Source: Octopus vulgaris
Taxonomy: Eukaryota
NCBI GenBank assembly: GCA_951406725.2
Contig: OX597834.1
Location: 16,244,001-16,308,000 of the forward strand
Direction: 5' to 3'
Length of the DNA stretch: 64,000 nucleotides
This document shows, one piece after another, positions 54,316-64,000 of this stretch. A program made the position numbers and the translations under genes. The notes under the pieces are model-generated. The model saw only the letters and a program-made list of their open reading frames with translations. It made no database searches and was not told the origin of the DNA. How positions within the stretch are numbered: position 1 is the first letter of the stretch; the number at the start of each line of letters is the position of its first letter.

Positions 54316-54424
54316 CAGCCAATCTATTCGATGCTTTACCAATTCTGCTAATTTGACAAATCTCGTTATTTGGTTTGGTGGAATTTTTCTCGACGTTGCC
54401 TTATTTTCCCACTGTATCTAATGA

Positions 54425-55249
54425 TTGTGGTAGTGGTAGTTGTGCTGATGGTGGTTGTGGTGGCGGTGGTGGTGGTGGTGGTGATTGAGAATGAGGTTTT
54501 GGTCGCGGTGGTAGCGGTGATTGAGGTTGCGGTGGTGGGAGTAGTAGTGGTACTGGTGGTGACTGGTTGTGGTGGTGACTGAGGTAGTGGAAGTGGTGGT
54601 GATTGGTTTTGGTGGTGGTAGTGGTGGTGGTGGTGGTGGTGACTGAGAATGAGGTTTTGTCGCGGTGGTAGTGGTGATTGAGGTTGCGGTGGTGGGAGTA
54701 GTAGTGGTACTGGTGGTGACTGGTTGTGGTGGTGACTGAGGTAGTGGAAGTGGTGGTGATTGGTTTTGGTTTTGGTGGTGGTGGTGGTAGTGGTGATTGA
54801 GGTTGTGGTGGTGGGAGTAGTAGTGGTACTGGTGGTGATTGGTTGTGGTGGTGACTGAGGTAGTGGAAGTGGTGGTGATTGGTTTTGGTGGTGGTGGTGG
54901 TGGTGGTGGTGGTGGTGGTGGTGGTGGTGGTGGTGATTGAGAATGAGGTTTTGTTGCGGTGGTAGTGGTGATTGAGGTTGTGGGAGTAGTAGTGGTACTG
55001 GTGGTGATTGGTTGTGGTGGTGACTGAGGTAGTGGAAGTGGTGGTGATTGGTTTTGGTTTTGGTGGTGGTGGTGATTGGAATTGAGGTTTTGGTTGTGGT
55101 GGTGATGGTTATGGTGACAGTGGTGGTGGTTTTAGTGGCAGTGATGCTGGTGGTTGTAGTGGTGGTGGTAGTATCAGTGATGGCGGCAGTCATGCTGATG
55201 GTAGTGATGGTGGAGGTGGTGGAAATGGTGGAAGCCTGGGCAACAGTGC

Positions 55250-55280
<31 letters not shown>

Positions 55281-55326
55281 GTTGGTGGTGGTGATGGTGG
55301 TGGTATGTCTAGTAGTAGTAGCAGCT

Positions 55327-55390
<64 letters not shown>

Positions 55391-55430
55391 CAGCAGCCGC
55401 AGCAGTAGTAGGAGGAGGAGGAGGCCAGAG
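54425..55430. repeat. GGT/GTA trinucleotide-rich array with ~120-155-bp higher-order units
   Basis: gggagtagtagtggtactggtggtga(c/t)tggttgtggtggtgactgaggtagtggaagtggtggtgattgg occurs four times. Confidence 0.88.
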
Positions 55431-56099
55431 GAAAGCCATCAGCCTATCAAGCAGTGGCACTGCAAAGATATAGCAAGGCTGCAAAAGAAATCTAAGACAA
55501 GACGTTATGGAGAAAGCGAGAGGGACGGTGGAGGAGGAGGAGGAACGGGGGGGGGGAGCCGGGGGGGGGGGAACCAGGGCGGGGGGTGCTGCAGTGGTTG
55601 GGGTGGGGGTGGGGGTTAGTCGGAGGGGCTTTTTGGAAGTGTGAGTTTGCTGTGTATCGCTATTTAATAGATTAACGCTAAGTGGTCGGGTGTTTGTATT
55701 GGTATTCTTGTTATGGCGAGCCATATTATTCTCAAAGCTTTGATCGTTATTGTTGTCGTTGTCGTTGTTGTTGTTGTTGCTGATGCTTTTTGTGTTTGTT
55801 GTTGTTTTTTTATTGTTGTGTTTGCATTGGTTATGGAGGGGGTAGTGGTTGGGGGTGGGGCGGAAGAAGCGTGGCTGATGGTAATTTTATGGTTTACTCA
55901 CAAGACAGAACGTACGTATGTGCACTTTGCAAGCATGCGTGCGCCGTACGCAAGGAAATATCACAAACAGCTGCACACATGCAGGTACACACACACATAT
56001 ACACACGCGTTTACATACACAAGAACACTTGTGTGTGTGTCTGTATGCGTGTATGTGAAAGTTGAGTGAATGTGCCTGTGTGATTTAGAGCGTGTAAGA

Positions 56100-56830
56100 G
56101 AATGTGTATGTGTGTTTGTGAGTGTGAGTGTATGTGCATATATGTAAGTGTGTGTGTATGTGAGTGTGTGTGAGTGTGCATATGTGAGTGTATGTGTGTG
56201 TGTGTTTGTGAGTGTATATGCATATATGCAAGTATGTGTGTATGTGAGTGAATGTGAGTGTGTTTGTGAGTGTGTTTATGTGAGTGTATGTGCATATATG
56301 CAAGTGTGTGTGTATGTGAGTGAATGTGTGTGTGTGTTTGTGAGTGTGCGTATATGAGTGCATGTGCATATATGCAAGTGTGTGTGTATGTGAGTGAATG
56401 CGTGTGTGCGTGTGTATGTGAGTATGCATATGTGAGTGTATGTGCACATATGCATGTGTGTGTATGTGAGTGAGTGTGTGTGTGTGCATATGTGAGTGTA
56501 TGTGCATATATGCAAGTGTGTGTGTATGTGAGTGAATGTGTGTGTGTGTTTGTGAGTGTGTGTATGTGAGTGAATGTGTGTGTGCATATGTGAGTGTATG
56601 TGCATATATGCAAGTGTCTGTGTATGTGAGTGAATGTGTGTGTGTGTGTATGTATGTGAGTGAATGTGTATGTTTGTGAGAGTGTATGTGTATATATCTG
56701 AGTGTGCATTTGTGTGGGGGGGTGTATATGCGAGTGTGTATATATGTATGTATGTGAGTGTGTACATATATAAGAATATGTGTATGTGTGTTTGTGTGAT
56801 TGCATGAGTGAGTATGTGAAAGAGTGTGTA
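56100..56830. repeat. TG-rich degenerate minisatellite
   Basis: Recurrent gtgcatatatgcaagtgtgtgtgtatgtgagtgaatg. Confidence 0.88.
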
Positions 56831-56948
56831 ATGGTTTGTATATGTATGCATGTACACACATACATTTATATACACACACACACACACACTGTATGGATGT
56901 TTCAAAATGGTTACAAAGAGTACTCAGTATCATTACATAGAGAGAAGA

Positions 56949-56998
<50 letters not shown>

Positions 56999-57051
56999 TA
57001 ATAATGATAATAATAATGATAATAATGATAATAATAATGATGATAATAATA

Positions 57052-57084
<33 letters not shown>

Positions 57085-57114
57085 GTAATAATAATAATAA
57101 TGATGATAATAATA

Positions 57115-57147
<33 letters not shown>

Positions 57148-57177
57148 GTAATAATAATAATAATGATGATAATAATA

Positions 57178-57210
<33 letters not shown>

Positions 57211-57240
57211 GTAATAATAATAATAATGATGATAATAATA

Positions 57241-57278
<38 letters not shown>

Positions 57279-57306
57279 AATAATAATAATAATGATGATA
57301 ATAATA

Positions 57307-57339
<33 letters not shown>

Positions 57340-57369
57340 GTAATAATAATAATAATGATGATAATAATA

Positions 57370-57407
<38 letters not shown>

Positions 57408-57411
57408 AATA

Positions 57412-57448
<37 letters not shown>

Positions 57449-57458
57449 TAATAATAAT
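56949..57458. repeat. (AAT)/(GAT) compound microsatellite with ~63-69-bp periodicity
   Basis: Six alternating (aat)n/(gat)n blocks. Confidence 0.95.
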
Positions 57459-57683
57459 ATGTACTCAGAGCTGAGTCTGTGTGAGTCACTACTCAGAGTC
57501 TGTTGATCCCTGTTAATATTACTCACATAGAGAGGAAGGGTGAAAGACACATGCATGCACAGATACACACACATTTACATATATACATATGCACATACAT
57601 ATAGATACATACATATAGATACACATGTATATGTGTGTGTGTATATAATATATATATCATATATATATACACACACACAGACA

Positions 57684-57727
<44 letters not shown>

Positions 57728-57778
57728 GAGACACACCTACATACTTATATATACACATGGATATACATGTATATATTC

Positions 57779-57811
<33 letters not shown>

Positions 57812-58500
57812 TATATACTCATGCACTCATATATACATACACAATCACAAGTGTGCACGTGTGCATCATGTGTGTGTGTGTGTGTGTGTGCGTGTGTGTG
57901 CAAAAACAGAATAAGACATTTATAAAACATGACACATATATAAACACAGTTTATTCTAACAGTGCAAAGAAAGTTTGCATCAATGCTTTTGAATAACCAA
58001 GTAGAAAAAACAAAAAAAAACAGAATACACACACACAAGACAGCAACCCACATTCTCAAACACCTCCAATACCCCCCACCCACCCCGCTCTGCCATCCTA
58101 CCATTGAAAAAGAAATAAACAAAACATACGAGGAGTAAACAAAAAAAAAAAAAAGAAAACTGCAAAGAAGTTTTCTAGTTTGCTAAGAGGCCGACATTAA
58201 TGTAAGGAAGTGTACAACGAAGCTGGCGGATTGAATAATGGAAAGGATAAGCACGTTTCATTGTGGCCTTTCGGAGAGACGAGAAGCAGAAGGTAACAGA
58301 GTAGTGGGTGGATTGATGGCGCGGAAAGGGGCGTCGAGGCGGTGGGGTGGAGGGAAAAGAAATTCCGCCCACACCGGAGACGGGGGATTGGGAGGGAATT
58401 GGTGATAGAAAATGGTACGGTCTTAATAAGGAGAATGTAAAAACTGCCACAACAAAGGCTAAATATATTGATTGGTAAAAAAAAAAAGGATAAATGTATA

Positions 58501-58532
<32 letters not shown>

Positions 58533-58629
58533 TCTCAATCAATGAGCTAATTGATTGAGTTGAATAGAATTGACTGATGGCACCACAAAGGAAAAAAAAG
58601 AATAGTCATGACGTGCTCAAGGAAGCGTA

Positions 58630-58800
58630 TGGCACGTAAAAAGCACCCACTACACTCACGGAGTGGTTGGCGTTAGGAAGGGCATCCAGCTGTAGAAACA
58701 CTGCCAGATCAGACTGGAGCCTGGTGCAGCCTCCTGGCTTCCCAGATCCCCGGTCGAACCGTCCAACCCATGGAGAACGGACGTTAAACGATGATGATGA
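58630..58800 (+). mobile_element. RTE tail fragment with (GAT)n
   Basis: ggcacgtaaaaagcacccactacactcacggagtggttggcgttaggaagggcatccag..ggacgttaaacgatgatgatg. Confidence 0.9.
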
Positions 58801-59630
58801 AGGATCCTGCATAAGATTACTGATAATTTTGTAGCTGATGTATAGCAAAGCAATGCTTAAAGAAATGCATACATCTTACCTTTACCATAGATATCAACGA
58901 GTATGTAGTGAGACCAATTTTTATTATGGCATATTGAGGACAATTAGCCCTTTATAGGCTCAGCATGCTAATCTGTAATGATTGGTCGTTTTACCTATCA
59001 TGTGGGTTTTCAACATCGGTTAAGTCCTGTGTTGTGATTGGTTGAATATTACGCGGGATTTGGATCGAGGATCCATCCAATCAGGCTGTACGTAATACAT
59101 TTTCAAAGAATTAATTAGTCTATGTTCTGGAACCTACCTTTTTTCCATAAATTTGTGTAACAAATTATTTAGACCAGAGGGTGTGAGTGATTTTTCATGA
59201 TGGCAAGTTATGTTGATTTCCAGCAGGTTTTCACCAGAGCAAAATTATATTAACAGGAGCACATGTTACCAATGACAATCCAAGCTGAATTATCCAAACG
59301 ATGGATCAACTACAACCACCAGAATTCAAGATCTTTCTTTCTTGGTCCACCATACTACTTTACAGAAGAATACAGTCTTGCTGTTATTTCTGAATTACTT
59401 CCATGAGTGAACACGCAACATGTTATATAATATAATGGTATACAGGATTCAGTAGTAAAACCAAGGGAGACTTTAGACCCCACGACCCCCCACTAAAAGT
59501 ACATCATTTTCTAACCTGTCTCATACAAGTATCATTATAGTTGTTATCAAAGTTTATATAATTCCTTTAACATTTTCCAGTTAGTGCTTAACCTGCTGAC
59601 ATGTGGCCACCGGTCATTCACATGCCTTAA

Positions 59631-59851
59631 CCCTTTCATTACCAACCCGGCCAAAACCGCCTCTGGCTCTGTAGTACAAATGTCTTGTTTTCGTAAGTTT
59701 TGAATTCAAATCTTCCACCAAACTTTAGTTACAATTTATGTTCATAACACTAGCTTAATGGTAACTAAGTTATTTTACTAAATTCTTTGTTATATTAAAA
59801 ATAATTGAAAGAAACACAAAGCATCTCAAAATAAATGCCGTAACGAAAGAG
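59631..59851. mobile_element. TTAA-type (piggyBac-like) MITE, copy 2
   Basis: TTAA at 59627-59630 and 59852-59855; collinear with 322-542. Confidence 0.9.
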
Positions 59852-60023
59852 TTAAGTAGAGCTCACTTTTCTCGTATTCTTTTACAAAGTTTCAGTCATT
59901 GAACCGAGGTCATGCTGGGGCACCACCTTCTAGGACATGACTGATTACACTGATCCTATGTAGGAGCAGTACTTATTTTACCAAGGCAATGCATAATTAG
60001 GTGGGTTTTGAACTTTGAACAAA

Positions 60024-60366
60024 GACATGGCTACATGGTTAAGAGTCTTGGTTTGCTAATCATGTGGTTTCAGGTTCAGTTCCAATACACTGCATCTTGG
60101 GCAAGTGAGTGAATTTGGAAGACGGAAACTGTGTGGAAGCCTATCATATACACATGTGTGATTTTGCGCTTGTGTTCGTCTACACCACTCAACATTCGAG
60201 TTTGGTTTAACCTAGCAATTCAACAAAAGAGACCGATGGAATAAGTACCAGAGGTAAAAAATAAATACTGGGGGTTGATATGATTGATTACACCCTTCCA
60301 CGGGACACCACCAGCATGGCTGCAGTCCAAAGAGAAATAACTAACACTAGTAAAAGATAGAAAAGA
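60024..60366 (+). mobile_element. Old SINE family A copy
   Basis: ggttcagttcc, tcttgggcaagtg, gacggaaactg, aagagaccgatggaataagtacc, ccagcatggctgcagtc. Confidence 0.75.
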
Positions 60367-60599
60367 TGTGTGCATGTATGAATGTGTGTGAGTATCTATT
60401 CTTCACAGGAAATCATTTTCAAGTGTAGACATTTCTGAAATTGTTTGCTGCTTGCAAATTGCTCCACTCACTTCTATAATTGTTTATTATCATGCAAATA
60501 TTGATAATTATCTTTTAATCGTTTTTAATCTTTTTTAACTTTCATCAGAAAGCAGCCTCGGGTCTTTGTCTTTCCATATCATTCAAAACAAAAAATGCC

Positions 60600-60626
60600 C
60601 ATATATATGTACGTATGTATGTATGC

Positions 60627-60660
<34 letters not shown>

Positions 60661-60919
60661 ATACATATACACATATGTATATATACATATAAATACATAT
60701 ACATATGCATACATACATATAAATATATATACATATGCATACATATAATACATAGATATATACATATTCATACATATATATACATATACATACATATGCA
60801 TATATAAATATATACATATATATACACATACATACATATACATATCTATACATACACATACATATATACATTCATACATCTATATATATACATACATATA
60901 TATACATATATACAAATGT

Positions 60920-60950
<31 letters not shown>

Positions 60951-61115
60951 CTTACATATACATATATACATACATATATACATACATATATATGTATATA
61001 TATATACATATATATACATACATATATTTATTCATATATATACATACATATATAAGCATACATACATAAACATACATATACATACATATATAAGCATACA
61101 TACATAAACATACAT

Positions 61116-61148
<33 letters not shown>

Positions 61149-61208
61149 CAGACATATATATATATATACATATACAAACATACACATACATAAATACACA
61201 TATATATC
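60600..61208. repeat. Compound TA/CATA microsatellite
   Basis: Direct reading. Confidence 0.95.
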
Positions 61209-61221
61209 ACTATTTACATTA

Positions 61222-61566
61222 TGAAGGTGTATGGCTCAGTGGTTAGAGTGTCAGGCTCACAATCATGAGGCAATGAGTTCAATTCCCAGACCAGGCTGTG
61301 TTGTGTTCTTGAGCAAGACACTTTATTTCACACACCTTCAGTTCACTCAGCCGTAGAAATGAATTGCAATATTTACTGATGCCAAGCTGTATCGGATCCT
61401 TTGCCTTTCTCTTGGACAACATCAGTGGTATGGAGAGAGGAGGCTGGTATCCATGGGCAACTGCTGGTCCTCCATGGACAACTCAGACTTGTGCCTCAGA
61501 AGGGAACTTTCTAAGTGCAATCCCATGGTCACTAATGACCCATGACCAGGGGGTTTTAACCCTTTA
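61222..61566 (+). mobile_element. tRNA-headed CORE-like SINE with a third tail type
   Basis: tggctcagtggttagag (A box), gagttcaattccc (B box), ttcttgagcaagacacttta core; TSD ct(a/g)tttacatta. Confidence 0.85.
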
Positions 61567-61816
61567 CTGTTTACATTAGTCAGATTGGTGTCCTCATCTT
61601 GATGGTTGCTTTCACTACATTTCGGCTGCTGTATGCTCCAACCTCCTTCAGGTGTCTTGTGTTGAACTCAATAGTTGTATCGGAATTTCAAGCCTAACCC
61701 TTAATTTGATCCATAGAGGTACACGGTTCTCATCCAACATTTTACGCTTAAGTTGATATTTTTTTTTGTGAATTCGCCTTAGTTGATTTTGAACTGAAAG
61801 GAAAAATGTCACAAAA

Positions 61817-62328
61817 CACTGTGCTTTTTATGTAGCACCAACACCAGTGTGCTTTATGTAGCAGCAGCACCAAAGCTTTTTACAGAGTATCAACATCAGT
61901 GCATTTACATGCCACCAGCACCAGTGATTTTTATGTGGCACCAGTACCAATGCTTTTTCGTGACACCACTACCAGTGCCTTTTCATGGCACCATCACCAG
62001 AGCTTTTTATATGGCACCAGCACCAGTGCTTTTTATGTGGTACCAGCAACAGTGCTTTTTATGTGGTACCAGCACCAGTGCTTTTTACATGGCACCAGCA
62101 CCAGTGATTTTTATGTGGCACCAGCACCAGTGCATTTTATGTGGCACCAGCACCAGTGCTTTTTACGTGGCACCAGCACCGGTGCTTTTTTGTGGCACCA
62201 GCACCAATGCTTTTTACATGGCACCAGAACCAGTGCTTTTAACATGGCACCAGCATAAGTGCTTTTCCTGGCACCAGCACCAATGCTTTTTACGTGGCAC
62301 TAGCACCAGTGCTTTTTCCATGGCACCA
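61817..62328. repeat. ~26-bp minisatellite, ~20 copies
   Basis: Unit caccagtgctttttatgtggcaccag, diverged. Confidence 0.92.
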
Positions 62329-62796
62329 TCCCCACACCACCTACAGTTAGTGTGAACATACATTCTTTAACATCTAACACACCAAGATCCGTCAACTGGT
62401 TATATTTCAATGATCTCAGAAGAACGAAAGGCATAGCAGAACTAGACAGGATTTGAACTCAAAACATACCAGCTTCGATGATGCACAACACATCACAACC
62501 ATCTGTGAAGTAATCATAAAACTAGTTTCGTAAACTGAAAGTAGTTGAGTAATCTGCCTTGCCTTACAATTTGCATGCAAAGCAAAATGACACTACCCTA
62601 GTTTGAACTTATACCCTTTGGGATTCCGGCATTGAGTAGTTCAGTAACTTTGCCATTCATGAATAATACGCACGCCATTCATTGCAGTGTGATTGTCCAA
62701 AAGAGAAATTAAATCAAAATAAAACTAATTCAAATACAGACACCGTTTTATTATATAAATTACAGTTCCCTGTGTATGAGCATATAAGTGAGAGAG

Positions 62797-62859
<63 letters not shown>

Positions 62860-63837
62860 TGTGTGTGTGTGTACTCATAAGTGGATGTTGTATGTGTGCA
62901 TATGCGCTTCTAGCTGAATATCAGAATCTATCTCTCTCACAAACACACACATGTATGTATGTATGTATGTATGTATGTATGTATGTGTGTGTGTATGTAT
63001 ATATGTATGTATGTATGTATGTGTGTATGTATGTATGTGTGTGTGTATCTATGTATGTATGTATGTATGCATGTATGTATGCATTCATGTATGTATGTAT
63101 GTTTACATGTGTGTGTGTGGTAAAGTTACTTGTGTTTATGTGTATGTGTGTTGTGTATGAATGCACACACGCACTTAAACATGTGACTGTGTGTGCACAT
63201 ATATATATATATACACACACACATACACACACACACACACACATACAAAATCATACATGCATGTACACACACACACACACAAACACACAGACACACACAC
63301 TCACGGAAATCAGGAAGGTACGAAGTGGTTATTATTAAATAACAGGCATTTGAAAAATTTCATCTGTTGAATTGTAATCTTGTTCCTTGCAAGATTGGAA
63401 TTCTCGGAGGACAGAACTGAACAACAACAACAACAACAAAAGAAGCAAAACAAATAAGTAAATTTCAAAGAAAAAAAAGAAAAAGAAAAAGAACAAGTTT
63501 AATGTGGTGTCTATGAGATATTACTGAGATGATGTAAGGGGGGAAAAAGCTGTCTGGGGAAGATGAAGAGAAGAGATAGCAGGGGAAGCAGGGAGGAAGA
63601 AAAAGATGTCTGTGCAACTAATGCCAACACACTCTGAGAGGTAAATTACTTTTGCTGGAAACAAGATGGTTTTCGTCACCATTGCCAATGCTATCATCGA
63701 CAAGGGCCCCCATCAACAATGGTTACGGTAATAATAAAACTACAAATACCAGCTTCTGCAGTGGTTCTCTGTTGTAGCCAGAACCACTTTATGGTTAAGA
63801 CAGCAATTAAACATTTAAGTGGGGCTTAACATATATA

Positions 63838-64000
63838 GGCGCAGGAGCGGCTGTGTGGTAAGTACCTTGCTAACCAACCACATGATTCCGGGTTCAGTCC
63901 CACTGCGTGCATCTTGGGCAAGTGTCTTCTGCTATAGCCCCAGGCCGACCAATGCCTTGTGAGTGGATTTGGTAGACGGAAACTGAAAGAAGCCTGTCAT
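63838..64000 (+). mobile_element. SINE family A head, cut by the window end
   Basis: ggcgcaggagcggctgtgtggtaag..gggttcagtccc..gtagacggaaactgaaagaagcc. Confidence 0.92.

Noticed and set aside
54580-54600. let-7-like start tgaggtagt, four copies
   Set aside because: Only 9 nt match, they lie within a GGT-rich tandem array, and there is no precursor hairpin.
54366-55724. 452-aa Thr/His/Pro-rich ORF (mucin-like)
   Set aside because: Openness follows from trinucleotide composition, reading frames alternate between repeat units, and no recognisable domain or splice support is present.
62689-62710. miR-219-like tgattgtccaaa
   Set aside because: Diverges after 12 nt and no complementary arm is visible nearby.

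Overview
This is AT-rich eukaryotic non-coding DNA dominated by microsatellites (TA, CA, TG, GATA, TAA, GAT, GAAA/GGAA) and short interspersed repeats. The repeat repertoire looks like an octopus (cephalopod) genome; that is inferred from repeat style and not checked against a database. I cannot support any intact host protein-coding gene, tRNA, rRNA or CRISPR array, and almost all ORFs in the track are translations of microsatellites or SINEs. Supportable content: three groups of tRNA-headed SINEs (here families A, B and D/CORE); many 5'-truncated RTE-LINE 3' ends with (GAT)n tails; a decayed Penelope-like GIY-YIG endonuclease; an R4/Dong-type C-terminus in (TAA)n; a mariner transposase fragment; TTAA-flanked, hAT and pogo-like MITEs; Helitron/Helentron-type non-autonomous elements; and several minisatellites. 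The observations most worth a second look are short elements carrying degenerate minimal hammerhead-ribozyme motifs (37432, 15644, 61613), a ~125-bp-arm inverted repeat (41870-42172), RTE-derived elements built from hairpin modules with reiterated AAATC 5' ends, recurrent SINE dimers sharing one palindromic junction, and several nested insertions and local duplications. All coordinates were read by eye and may be off by a few bases. I found no convincing new gene system.
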